Assembly: GCA_001303705.1 (NCBI GenBank)
Contig: LJUI01000005.1
Coordinates: 1 to 45,400 of the forward strand
From: a candidate division TA06 bacterium SM23_40
GTDB taxonomy: Bacteria > LJUI01 > SM1-40
Length of the DNA: 45,400 nt
Direction of reading: 5' to 3'
This document shows positions 29,805 through 41,890 of the stretch, in pieces; position 1 is the stretch's first letter; every line of letters begins with the position of its first letter. A program made the position numbers and the translations under genes. Below the pieces are notes generated by a model. That model had not been told where the DNA came from. It saw only the letters and a program-made list of their open reading frames with translations, and made no database searches.

Positions 29805-29827
29805 GCGCCAAAAGACCTAACGCAGCT

Positions 29828-30580
29828 CTACAGGCCGCCACGCGATGCGACAGCTAGTTCGACGGTATCTCCCTCGGATACTCTCGATCCAGCCTGCGGC
29901 ACCTGCATGAGCACGATGCCTTCGGGCTCCGATGGCCTGAACACATAGCGTACATCACCGAGCACGAGCTTCTGTTCCAGGATGACCACCTGGGCTTGGG
30001 CGAGAGTAACACCTATCAACTCCGGCATCTCGAACAGGAATTCCTCTTCGAATCTGACACGCAGAAGAATGCTGCTTCCACGGGGCAGTATCTCTCCTCC
30101 GGCCGGGTCCGATGATACGACATGGCCCACCGGTACCTCGCCAGAGGCGACGCTATCTACTCGACCGACGCTCAATCCCGCCCTCACCAGGACGGTCTTT
30201 GCGAGCTTGAGCTCTACCCCATCGAGGTGGGGCACCTCCACCATCTCCGGCCCACGACTGAGGATCAACGCGACCGTCCGACCCTTCTTCACAAGCGTGG
30301 CCGGCAACGGATCCTGTGCCGCAACGAAGCCCTCGGGAACATTCGAGTCGAACCGCTCCCCTTCCACGATCCCTGACAGTCCCTCCTCCTCAAGCGTGGC
30401 CGTCGCCTGACTGCGACTCAGCCCGACGACGTTCGGCACCTCAACCTCCTCTCCCAGGCCCACGACACGAGGCATGATGAAGTAGTTGAACAGCAGGAGC
30501 CCGAAGATAAAGGAGGATATTGCAACGATACCTGCGATGACGACGCGCTTTGTCCATCTTCCGAGGTCGCTCACCATCAT
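29828..30580 (-). CDS. Membrane-anchored protein with three PASTA domains
   Basis: N-terminal TM; VPNVVG, VPHLDG and MPELIG repeat starts; no kinase domain. Confidence 0.9.
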   Translation of the reverse strand: MMVSDLGRWTKRVVIAGIVAISSFIFGLLLFNYFIMPRVVGLGEEVEVPNVVGLSRSQATATLEEEGLSGIVEGERFDSNVPEGFVAAQDPLPATLVKKGRTVALILSRGPEMVEVPHLDGVELKLAKTVLVRAGLSVGRVDSVASGEVPVGHVVSSDPAGGEILPRGSSILLRVRFEEEFLFEMPELIGVTLAQAQVVILEQKLVLGDVRYVFRPSEPEGIVLMQVPQAGSRVSEGDTVELAVASRGGL

Positions 30581-31953
30581 CCTCGACTGGTTGGTGTGCA
30601 GCCGATCTCCCTGGTCGTCGCCACTCGCCTCAAGCGTGCGGCGAAGCTGCCATCGAGATCGTGCACATGCGGGAACGTACGGACATATCCGCTCTCATCC
30701 ACAAGCTCGTGGTGGACGAACGGGGAGGCATCCTCTCGCACGAATTGCGCGTGCTTCGCGAGAAACTGCTCGACGACCTCCTCGTTCTCTTCCGATTCGA
30801 GAGTACAGGTACTGTAGACTATCACACCCCCTGGCCGGACAAGTCGAGCCGCATTCTCGAGGAGTGCCCTCTGAGTCCTGACGAGGTCGGCGATGTCACC
30901 CGGCCTGAGCCGCCATCGCATGTCGGCCCTTCTCCGGAGTACGCCTGTTCCAGAGCAAGGTGCATCGACCAGCACCCGGTCAGCCGTGCGGACTGCGAAT
31001 TCCTTCCCGTCGGCGACGACCGGAGCGACTCCCCTGAGCGCCAGCCTCGTCAGGTTCTCCGCGACCCGCCTCAACCGTATCTCCCGCACATCAGCCGCAA
31101 TAACAAATGCCTCACAGTCCGTCCGTTCGGCGATGTGCCCTGCCTTCCCCCCGGGAGCACAACAGAGATCGATCACTGTCTCGCCCGGCTGCGGGTCGAG
31201 AAGCAGGATCACAACCATCGCGCTCTCATCCTGCACCTGGAAGAGACCGCGACCGAACGCTTCGATACTTCCGAGATCGACGTGTCCGCTGAGGCGGAGG
31301 GCTTCCTCGACATAGCGGCCGGCCTCGCAACCGATGCCCAGGGCCCGGAGCTCATCGGCCAGGGCCTCGGTACTCGTGCGTGTGCGATTGACCCGCACCA
31401 CGAACGGAGGGGGCCTGTTCGCCGCCTCGCAGAGCGCGCGGGTTGCGTCCTCTCCCCAACGCTCCACCCACCGCTGGACAAGCCACCTGGGATGCGAACA
31501 GCGGATCGCCAGACGCTCAACCTCATCAGCACCCTCGGGAAACAGAGGAAATTCATCGCGCCTCTCAGCGACCCGACGGAGCACGGCATTCACAAGACCG
31601 GCAGTCCCGACATGGCCATAACGCTTGGCGAGGTTCACGGACTCATCGATCGCGGCGAAGTCCGGGATTCGGTTGAGAAAGAGTATCTGGTATGCGCCCA
31701 GCCGAAGGATGTTCCTAATCATCCCCGGCAGGGACTGAAGATCGCGCGTGAGGAGCGAACTGAGTGCCCCGTCGATGTACCCGCGCCAGCGGAGTGTCCC
31801 GTATGTCAGCTCTCGTGCGAGACTGCGGTTCTCCCTCGACAATCGATGTTTGCCGAGCCGCCCATCGAGTGCCTCCTTTGCAAACGCCTCTGTCCGCTCT
31901 ACTCGTTCCAGCACGACAAGCGCAATCTCCCGCGGATCTCGAGTATCTCTCAT
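30577..31953 (-). CDS. rsmB: 16S rRNA m5C967 methyltransferase RsmB/Sun
   Basis: NusB-like N-terminus (ELTYGTLR, LRLGAYQ, VNAVLR), QDES, DLCCAPGGK, DAPCSGTG, YSTCT. Confidence 0.95.
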   Translation of the reverse strand: MRDTRDPREIALVVLERVERTEAFAKEALDGRLGKHRLSRENRSLARELTYGTLRWRGYIDGALSSLLTRDLQSLPGMIRNILRLGAYQILFLNRIPDFAAIDESVNLAKRYGHVGTAGLVNAVLRRVAERRDEFPLFPEGADEVERLAIRCSHPRWLVQRWVERWGEDATRALCEAANRPPPFVVRVNRTRTSTEALADELRALGIGCEAGRYVEEALRLSGHVDLGSIEAFGRGLFQVQDESAMVVILLLDPQPGETVIDLCCAPGGKAGHIAERTDCEAFVIAADVREIRLRRVAENLTRLALRGVAPVVADGKEFAVRTADRVLVDAPCSGTGVLRRRADMRWRLRPGDIADLVRTQRALLENAARLVRPGGVIVYSTCTLESEENEEVVEQFLAKHAQFVREDASPFVHHELVDESGYVRTFPHVHDLDGSFAARLRRVATTREIGCTPTSRG

Positions 31954-32557
31954 GTTGCCCATACAGTATGTACGATCCCTCGATGCCGTCGATCGTTTTC
32001 CACCGCGACCGGACGCCATGGGCCAGCAGCACTGCCGCGAACTCCTCCGGCGAATGTAGATAAACGTTCCTCCCACTCACCGCTTCGAGAAGGCGCCTGT
32101 GGATATGGCTGAATGCTGCCTTTCGATAGGTCGTGATTACACACCGCCCCCCCTCCTGGAGCATCCCGGCCAGATGCGTCACACTTTCACGGAGCGGGAA
32201 GAAGAGCCAGCTGTTGACGCTCAGGACGAGATCATAGCAACCCTTCGCCTCCCAGAAATCGTGCTCGCGAAAAAAGAGATTGTCACGACCCCGGCGTCGC
32301 GTCGCGAATCGAATCATCTCCCCAGATCTGTCGATCGCCTCCCAGCGTGCATGGGGGAATCTCTCAGCGAGCGATCCTGCGAGCCAACCGGTCCCGCATC
32401 CGACTTCGAGGCAGCGCGCACCCCGGAGTGAACCTGCATCGAGCACACTCAACACAGCAGCGTACGTCTTTCCCCTCCAGAGCGCGAGGGGGGAGAGCGC
32501 GAAAGCCAGTTCATAGATCGCAGGCGAAAGGCTGTAGATGTCTCTCTCGTCAGCCAA
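31715..32557 (-). CDS. Class I SAM-dependent methyltransferase between fmt and rsmB; 3' end overlaps rsmB
   Basis: CLEVGCGTG, AIDRSGEMI, YDLVLS, LQEGGR motifs; probable TTG start overlapping the fmt stop. Confidence 0.75.
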   Translation of the reverse strand: MADERDIYSLSPAIYELAFALSPLALWRGKTYAAVLSVLDAGSLRGARCLEVGCGTGWLAGSLAERFPHARWEAIDRSGEMIRFATRRRGRDNLFFREHDFWEAKGCYDLVLSVNSWLFFPLRESVTHLAGMLQEGGRCVITTYRKAAFSHIHRRLLEAVSGRNVYLHSPEEFAAVLLAHGVRSRWKTIDGIEGSYILYGQHERYSRSAGDCACRAGTSRADRGVCKGGTRWAARQTSIVEGEPQSRTRADIRDTPLARVHRRGTQFAPHARSSVPAGDD

Positions 32558-33485
32558 ATCTCTCACCGACCCGCGGATGGTAACCATTGATGAAATCAAG
32601 CATACTCATTGGCCGTCGCCCTGCGGGCTGCACTTCCTCGATAGCCACATTCCCCTGGCCGGTCGCAACGACGAGTGTGCCGTCCTTCCCCACCTCGATG
32701 ACGGTCCCGGGTCCCGTCTCCCCGGCCCCACCACCGAGCACCCGAGCACGGAGCACCTTCAGGCCGCGGCCGCGGAATTCCGCATCTGCCCCCGGATCGG
32801 GCGCAAACGCCCGCACGCGGTTGATGACAGCCGTGCCAGCATCTGACCAGTCGATACGCCGCTCTTCCGGCTTGAACTTGGGTGCGTACGTTGCATCCTC
32901 ATAATCCTGAGCCGTCCGAGTGGCCTCATTCCGCTCAATCGCATCGACGGTCTCAAGCAGCACTTCCGAGCCGACAGCCGCAAGCCTCTCCGAGAGCTCG
33001 CCAAAGGTCTCGAACTCCGCAATCCTGACTGTACGCTGGAGTATAATGTCCCCGGCATCCATTTTATCCGACACGAAGATCGTGGTGACTCCTGTCTCCT
33101 TCTCCCCCGCGTAGATGGCCCAGCGAATCGGATCTGCTCCGCGGAACTTCGGCAGGAGCGATGGGTGGACGTTGATGCACCCGTACGGGAAGAGAGACCT
33201 GAGCGCACGTTTGAGGAACTGGCCGTATGCAACGACGACACCCAGATCGGCATTCGCCTCTTCGATTCTACCGCGCACCTCCTCGGCATTCGGATCCTCC
33301 GGCTGCATCACGGGAATCCCGCTCGATTCAGCCGCCTCCTTCACCGGGGGCGCTCCGACCCGCCGCCCTCTCCCTCTCGGCCTGTCGGGCTGCGTCACGA
33401 CGAGCACCACAGAGTGGCGCGATTGAGCGAGGCGTTTCAGGGAGGGCAAGGCAAACGCCGGGCTACCCATGAAGACGATGCGCAT
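32550..33485 (-). CDS. fmt: Methionyl-tRNA formyltransferase
   Basis: VFMGSP, VVTQPDRPRGRG, VVAYG, INVHPSLLPKFRGA, MDAGD. Confidence 0.97.
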   Translation of the reverse strand: MRIVFMGSPAFALPSLKRLAQSRHSVVLVVTQPDRPRGRGRRVGAPPVKEAAESSGIPVMQPEDPNAEEVRGRIEEANADLGVVVAYGQFLKRALRSLFPYGCINVHPSLLPKFRGADPIRWAIYAGEKETGVTTIFVSDKMDAGDIILQRTVRIAEFETFGELSERLAAVGSEVLLETVDAIERNEATRTAQDYEDATYAPKFKPEERRIDWSDAGTAVINRVRAFAPDPGADAEFRGRGLKVLRARVLGGGAGETGPGTVIEVGKDGTLVVATGQGNVAIEEVQPAGRRPMSMLDFINGYHPRVGERFG

Positions 33486-33488
33486 CGC

Positions 33489-33998
33489 TCATTCCTTCTT
33501 GCGTGCGATCTCCCGAAGCTTTCCGCGCAGGAGTTCGCGCTGGCCCGGCTTGAGGTGATCGATGAACAGGACCCCGTTCAGATGATCGATCTCGTGGAGA
33601 AATGCCCGCGCCAGAATACTCGTGGCCTCGAGCGTGATCTCCTTGCCGTCCAGGTCGATTCCTCTGATCACGACCCTCGCCGGTCTCACCAGCTCCTGCG
33701 ACAGTCCAGGGATGGAAAGACACCCCTCCTCTCTACGGAGTTCTCCCGCCACCTCGACGATCCGTGGATTGATGACGACAAATGGCTTCTCTTCCATCCC
33801 CAGAGGCGTCGGATCTATGACGAAGAGCGAAGGGAGCTCCCCCACCTGTGTCGCAGCGAGCCCGATCCCGCCGGCATTGCGGACTGTCTCGATCATATTC
33901 TGCGAGAGACGTACGATCATCTGATCGATATCAGTAACCTCATGCGCCCGCTTCCGCAGTACGGGATCGCCATATGTCCGTATCGACAGAAGGGCCAT
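33489..33998 (-). CDS. def: Peptide deformylase
   Basis: GIGLAATQVG, EGCLS, HEIDHLNG. Confidence 0.97.
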   Translation of the reverse strand: MALLSIRTYGDPVLRKRAHEVTDIDQMIVRLSQNMIETVRNAGGIGLAATQVGELPSLFVIDPTPLGMEEKPFVVINPRIVEVAGELRREEGCLSIPGLSQELVRPARVVIRGIDLDGKEITLEATSILARAFLHEIDHLNGVLFIDHLKPGQRELLRGKLREIARKKE

Positions 33999-34014
33999 GA
34001 CTCCCCTCACCAGT

Positions 34015-36704
<2,690 letters not shown>

Positions 36705-36708
<4 letters not shown>

Positions 36709-36926
36709 CGTCCCAGCAGGAGGTTGATGATTATCGTAAGGACGATCGATGCAAGCAGACATGTCGCCAACGGGAAATATATCTGGACGCCTCGCCGTTC
36801 GGAATAGATATCGCCGGGGAGATGGCCAACCAGCGGTGAACGGCCGAGCAACCAGACGACGCCACTCATCAACAGGAAGAGGATTCCCAGGGCCGCGAGG
36901 ACCTTCACCATGAGATCGATGCGCAC
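36705..36926 (-). CDS. DUF2905 family small membrane protein
   Basis: GHLPGDI...YFPLATCLLASIVLT; usual position upstream of queA; start uncertain. Confidence 0.85.
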
Positions 36927-36933
36927 GTGTACG

Positions 36934-37464
36934 TCATCTCCCCCTGTACCGTTCCATCTCGCTATAGACGCAACCGCAATACTGCTGTCGATAGAGGCCA
37001 AGCTCCTGGGAGCGCGCTCTCCCGTGCTCCCACCCCTCGCGGAAGTCCTCGTAGAGAAAATCGACACCGTGGCGTCTCCCGACGCTCTCCCCGATGCCCC
37101 TGATGAGATCGTGCTCCTGGTGCTTGCTGAACAGCAGCGTGCTCGTGAATCCATCGAAATCCCCGTGGCGCGCTGTCAGGGCGGCAGTCTCGAGTCTCAT
37201 ATGATAGCAGAAGCGACACCGCTCCGACTCTCGAAACGCGACGCCACGCAGGAACCGGACAAGATCGTACTCATCCCGGTAGATAATCCGCAGGCCTGTC
37301 TTCTTCTCATACTGCCTGACTGCGTCGAGCCTGCGCATATATTCGGTGAACGGATGGATATTTGGATTGTACCAGAGGCCGAAGACCTCGTGCCCCTCCT
37401 TCTCCAGTGTTTCGTGGGGGTAGATGAGACAGTTCGCGCAGCAAGCGTGCAGAAGTATCTTCAT
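36934..37464 (-). CDS. queH: Epoxyqueuosine reductase QueH (DUF208)
   Basis: LLHACCANC, YNPNIHP, RCRFCY..RL, YRQQYCGC. Confidence 0.92.
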   Translation of the reverse strand: MKILLHACCANCLIYPHETLEKEGHEVFGLWYNPNIHPFTEYMRRLDAVRQYEKKTGLRIIYRDEYDLVRFLRGVAFRESERCRFCYHMRLETAALTARHGDFDGFTSTLLFSKHQEHDLIRGIGESVGRRHGVDFLYEDFREGWEHGRARSQELGLYRQQYCGCVYSEMERYRGR

Positions 37465-37781
37465 TCCTCGATCGAAGGCTCCCCCGTGGTACTCTGACGA
37501 GATAGGAATGCATCCACCAATTCCATGCTTCGATCGCGATCCCTTGCCAACACGACCACTTCTCCCCAGGCGGGCCGCATCATCTTGGCGATCCCATCAT
37601 ACCACGGAATCTGGCAAGAGCGCACTTCAGCCTCGATCCCTGCCTCCTCGAGGAGCGCCTTTACACTCAGAGCAAGAAACTCATCTGGAGCACTGTACAC
37701 CGAAACCAGATCCTCGTCGCCCTCCAGTCCATCTCCGCGCTGCCGCTCCACCTCATCCTCGCGGTCATATCCAGATTCCAC
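37461..37781 (-). CDS. DUF2007-like putative signal-transducing protein
   Basis: LVSVYSA..A..VKALLEEAGIEA..EVVV pattern; ATGA-coupled to queH. Confidence 0.7.
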   Translation of the reverse strand: MESGYDREDEVERQRGDGLEGDEDLVSVYSAPDEFLALSVKALLEEAGIEAEVRSCQIPWYDGIAKMMRPAWGEVVVLARDRDRSMELVDAFLSRQSTTGEPSIEE

Positions 37782-37871
37782 TACCTACCTCCGACTCACT
37801 CCTCTCGTCTCAGTGAGGTCCGATAGAACGAGAGGCGCCGACCTCCAGATCCCACCGGTGTTACGGGGCGA

Positions 37872-37986
37872 TAACCTTCATAACCTAGGTGCGTTCCGGG
37901 TGCCGGAAGCCGTTAACCTTCTGAACCTACCAACGTCCCCGGGTGCCGGGAGCCCGTAACCTTCTGAACCTACCAACGTCCCCGGG
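37872..37986. repeat. 42/43-bp tandem repeat (~2.7 copies) with internal hairpin, immediately downstream of ruvB
   Basis: TAACCTTC starts at 37872, 37914 and 37957; copies 2 and 3 identical over 30 nt. Confidence 0.88.
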
Positions 37987-37987
37987 G

Positions 37988-39013
37988 TTATATGGAGAGG
38001 CGTTCTTGTCCCTCTGTCGAATGTGGTTTGCCGAGGTGGATGTATGCCGGCTCGGTCGCTACACGACCGCGCGGCGTCCTCGCGATGAAGGCAATCTTGA
38101 GCAGGAACGGTTCGACCATATCGACAAGCGTGTCTGCATCCTCGTGCAGGGAGGCGCAGATCGCCTGGATCCCAACCGGCCCTCCGCGGTATTGGTCGAT
38201 GATCGCACCGAGGAAGTCACGGTCGAGTCTGTCGAGGCCGCGTGCGTCTATCCCCAACATCTCCAGGGCCTCGTCGACGACCGGCCGGCTGATACAGCCT
38301 CCGGCCTTCACCTGAGCGTAGTCACGGACCCGTTTGAGCAGGCGGTTCGCGATCCGAGGGGTACCGCGGGCCCGTCGCGCGATCTCCTTCGCTCCCTCGT
38401 GATCGGCGGCGATCTCCAGGATTCGCGCGGACCGCTCTACGATCTCCGTCAGATCATCATCCGGATAGAAATCGACGTGATGGAATATGCCAAATCGGTT
38501 GCGCAGTGCGCCCGTGAGCATTCCTGCTCGCGTCGTCGCTCCGACGAGCGTGAAAGGCTTGAGCGAGAACTTGACAGTCCGCGCGTACGGTCCCTTATCG
38601 AGCACAAAGTCTATTTTGAAGTCCTCCATCGCCGGATAGAGGAATTCCTCAACGACTGTGGGAAGTCGGTGGATCTCGTCGATGAAGAGTACGTCGCCTT
38701 TTTCCAAATTAGTGAGTATGCCCATGAGATCGCCCGGCCGTTCCAATGCCGGCCCGGATGTCGCGACGATCTTTCGACCCATCTCCACGGCAATGACGTG
38801 GGCGAGCGTCGTCTTCCCGAGGCCGGGTGGACCATGGAAGAGTACGTGATCGAGTGGTTCCTCCCGCTCGAGGGCAGCCTCGACTGAGATGGCCAGATTC
38901 TCCACGATGCTCCGCTGCCCGATCACTTCGGAGAGGTGCCTCGGGCGGAGCTGCGCGAAGAGCCTGATCTCCTCATCGGTCACCTTGCCCGTAATCACTC
39001 GATCCTTCTCCAC
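37988..39013 (-). CDS. ruvB: Holliday junction branch migration helicase RuvB
   Basis: LRP, GPPGLGKTT, LFIDEIHR, GATTRAG, RGTPRIANR, RTPRGR. Confidence 0.97.
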   Translation of the reverse strand: MEKDRVITGKVTDEEIRLFAQLRPRHLSEVIGQRSIVENLAISVEAALEREEPLDHVLFHGPPGLGKTTLAHVIAVEMGRKIVATSGPALERPGDLMGILTNLEKGDVLFIDEIHRLPTVVEEFLYPAMEDFKIDFVLDKGPYARTVKFSLKPFTLVGATTRAGMLTGALRNRFGIFHHVDFYPDDDLTEIVERSARILEIAADHEGAKEIARRARGTPRIANRLLKRVRDYAQVKAGGCISRPVVDEALEMLGIDARGLDRLDRDFLGAIIDQYRGGPVGIQAICASLHEDADTLVDMVEPFLLKIAFIARTPRGRVATEPAYIHLGKPHSTEGQERLSI

Positions 39014-39078
39014 CGAACGCTCCCCACGTGCCGGAATCTACCCTTTGCCCCGCCAGCAAGTGACTTGCGAGGACCCAT

Positions 39079-39708
39079 CTAGCTATCTCTGTAGGCACCC
39101 TGCCGGTAGATCTCTTCGAGCAGTGCCTCAGTCGTATCGATACCGGGAACCTTCTCCAGGGCCTTCTTCACCAACTTCCGTGCTTCAGAATCCGTGTACC
39201 TGAGCTGACGCAGGATCTCCATGGCCTCTTCTTCCACATCCTCTCTCACAGGCTCGGCGCCTTCCTCAGTGGGACCGCGGATGAGCGCGTACTTCCCAAC
39301 CTTTCCTTGCAGTTTGGCGATGATCTGACGCGCCTTCTCGCTGCCGATCCCGGGCAGCCGACGGAGTGCAGAGACATCACCCTGATCGATTGCCCTGGCG
39401 ATCTCGCTGAAAGGAAGTGTCAGCGCCTTCACCGCCGTCTTCGGGCCGATGCTCGCCACGCTGATGAACTGCTCGAAGAATTCCCTCTCTACCTCGTTCG
39501 AGAATCCGACGAGTATCGGCACTCCCCGCGACGGATCGAGCTGCAAGTAGTGGAAGGTCACGAGGCTCACAGGTTCCCCGATCGGGATCTGCTGTATCCC
39601 TCCCATCACCGCGGCAGGCACCAAAATCTCATACTCCACGCCGCTCACGTCGAGGATGATGCGGCCCTCATCGCGTGACACAAGGTTCCCACAGATTCCG
39701 CGGATCAC
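39079..39708 (-). CDS. ruvA: Holliday junction binding protein RuvA
   Basis: DVSGVEYE, IGPKTA, LPGIG HhH motifs; synteny. Confidence 0.95.
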   Translation of the reverse strand: MIRGICGNLVSRDEGRIILDVSGVEYEILVPAAVMGGIQQIPIGEPVSLVTFHYLQLDPSRGVPILVGFSNEVEREFFEQFISVASIGPKTAVKALTLPFSEIARAIDQGDVSALRRLPGIGSEKARQIIAKLQGKVGKYALIRGPTEEGAEPVREDVEEEAMEILRQLRYTDSEARKLVKKALEKVPGIDTTEALLEEIYRQGAYRDS

Positions 39709-40334
39709 GAGGCTGCCTCCTGCACAGGAGATCCGCCGTCATCGATGCGAGCCTCCTGAGATGGGAGGCGACGATCTTCTCCCTGCTCTCGAGCCCACCG
39801 CTCGCCGCTAACGCGACTGACACGAGCGTGACAGACGCCGAGTGCGAGGGCGTCGGTAAGGTCGGCGGGCTTGAGAATCTCCTCCAGCCCCAGCTCACTA
39901 CAGACCGCGTGTTGGACCTGATATTTGCTGGCGCGCCCGCTTCCGGTGATCGACTTCTTCACATCGGTCGCGGAGTAGCCGACAACAGGAATCCCGGCCA
40001 TTGCGGCGACACAACAGATCACCCCCCGCACGTGCGCCATCATGATCGCGGTCTCGGGATGTCGATAATGGGAATAGACCTTCTCGATGGCGAGTACGCG
40101 CGGCGAGTGTTGTGCGACCACCGCCCGGACAGAGCGGAATATCTTCTCCAGACGCACCTCAAGCGGCTGACGAGATGATGTCGAGATGACTCCTGCATCG
40201 AGAACGTGAAATCCCTGGGGAAGCACCTCCAGCACCCCATACCCCGTCCGACTCATGCCAGGATCGATCCCCAGTATGACCGATCCCGGACCGGCCGCCA
40301 GCTCGGCGGGCGATACCTCGAACCGGGAATCCAT
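39705..40334 (-). CDS. ruvC: Crossover junction endodeoxyribonuclease RuvC
   Basis: ILGIDPG..TGYGV, AIE, VKKSITGSGRASK, DALALGVCH. Confidence 0.95.
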   Translation of the reverse strand: MDSRFEVSPAELAAGPGSVILGIDPGMSRTGYGVLEVLPQGFHVLDAGVISTSSRQPLEVRLEKIFRSVRAVVAQHSPRVLAIEKVYSHYRHPETAIMMAHVRGVICCVAAMAGIPVVGYSATDVKKSITGSGRASKYQVQHAVCSELGLEEILKPADLTDALALGVCHARVSRVSGERWAREQGEDRRLPSQEARIDDGGSPVQEAAS

Positions 40335-40500
40335 TTCTCCTGCAAATCTCCTCGCGCCCCATCTTAGTGGCGCGGCGACGCCGGCCGTACCTCGCACTGC
40401 TCTCGGCAAGCAGTCACCGAGGAATAGCGCAAGACCCCCTTGAGGGGTCACGAAGCGGTACATCGAACAGACGGGACTCACACACCCGGCACCAGGGCAA

Positions 40501-41250
40501 CTAGTCAGATAGGCCCGTCATGATCTCTTCCGGCACATCGAAATTCGCAAACAGGTTCTGTACGTCATCCTGCTCCTCGATCGCCGCAACAAGTCTCAGG
40601 AGTTGCTCCGCCTTCTTGCCCTCAACCCGGACGGTCGACTGAGGCACCTTTGTCGACTCCGCGCTCGCCAGCTCGATCCCGCGGTCGACCAGTGTCCGTT
40701 TCACTCGCTCGTAGGCTTCCGGTTGCGTGGTGATCTCGAAATAGATGCCATCTTCTCGGACGTCGTCAGCTCCTGCTTCGAGGGCGGCGTTGAGGATTGT
40801 CTCCTCGTCGTAACGCTCCGTCTCGACCAGAATGACCCCACGCGGTTCGAACATCCAAGCGACGCTCCCCACGGCGCCGAGGCTCCCACCGTACCTGCTG
40901 AGTATGTGCCGTAATTCCTGGGTCGTTCGATTCCGATTGTCGGTCATTGTTTCGATGAAGATCGCCACGCCCCCCGGCCCATACCCTTCGTACACGATCT
41001 CCTGTATCTCCATGCCCGGCAGCTCGCCCGTTCCGCGTTTGATCGCCTTCTCTATGTTGTCCTGGGGCATATTCGCCGCCTTCGCGCCGGCAATCGCGGT
41101 CCTCAGGCGGGCATTCGCCTCGGGGTCTCCCCCTCCCTGGCGCGCAGCAGCGGTAATCTCACGGATCAGTCGCGTAAACACCCTGCCCCGCTGTGCGTCT
41201 GCCTTCTCCTTCTTCCTCTTGATGGTGCTCCACTTGGAGTGTCCGGACAT
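40501..41250 (-). CDS. yebC: YebC/PmpR family protein
   Basis: MSGHSKWSTIKRKK, YEGYGPGG, TDNRNRT, DDVQN. Confidence 0.96.
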   Translation of the reverse strand: MSGHSKWSTIKRKKEKADAQRGRVFTRLIREITAAARQGGGDPEANARLRTAIAGAKAANMPQDNIEKAIKRGTGELPGMEIQEIVYEGYGPGGVAIFIETMTDNRNRTTQELRHILSRYGGSLGAVGSVAWMFEPRGVILVETERYDEETILNAALEAGADDVREDGIYFEITTQPEAYERVKRTLVDRGIELASAESTKVPQSTVRVEGKKAEQLLRLVAAIEEQDDVQNLFANFDVPEEIMTGLSD

Positions 41251-41383
41251 GTGATCACCCCCTCAGTTCCACGCAGGATGGATCGCAGTTATAACCACAC
41301 AGTGTCTGTGGGGTATGCCAGCAAAGACCCCACACCGTGCTGCCCTGTGCGCGACGCGCCGGCTCAGGTCACGCCCATCTCGA

Positions 41384-41890
41384 TCAGTATGTGTACTCCA
41401 GCGGGATCGGCGGGATGGCCACCTCATCACGCATCCTTTCGCCCCACCCGAAATCGACGATGCCGTAGAGCATCGTCCCCTCTTCCATGTCTGCCGGCTC
41501 TGTTGTGACACCTGCATAGTGTAGTAGAACATCACTGTGCGCCGGGATCAATTCGACCGGTGACGTATTGCGTACAGGCTCCAGATCGATGGTGAACGTC
41601 TGATCATCACTAATCGAACGAACCTTCACCCGATAGACCCTGAACCCCTCGACATCCACGTCGCCCTGGTTGATGACGTGGAGATCGAGGGCCAGCCGCA
41701 GCTCGGCATCGCGTGGGCCGAGCGATGGCATCCGATCCACCCAGAAATAGGGAGTGGGACTCACTACGAGCGCCGCGCCGCCCGACTCTTCGCGGGACGT
41801 GAAACACGAGGGTGCGCATGCAATCAGAACCATCAGACAGATGCACAGCGTGACTCGTGAGACAATCCACATGTGCGCTCTCATCCTCAT
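41384..41890 (-). CDS. Hypothetical lipoprotein
   Basis: Basic N-terminus, hydrophobic stretch and LIAC lipobox-like site; beta-rich body; ATGA-coupled to the EF-G2 stop. Confidence 0.65.
   Translation of the reverse strand: MRMRAHMWIVSRVTLCICLMVLIACAPSCFTSREESGGAALVVSPTPYFWVDRMPSLGPRDAELRLALDLHVINQGDVDVEGFRVYRVKVRSISDDQTFTIDLEPVRNTSPVELIPAHSDVLLHYAGVTTEPADMEEGTMLYGIVDFGWGERMRDEVAIPPIPLEYTY

Noticed and set aside
37872-37986. Possible mini-CRISPR
   Set aside because: Under three copies, and the sequences between the conserved parts are homologous to each other rather than unique
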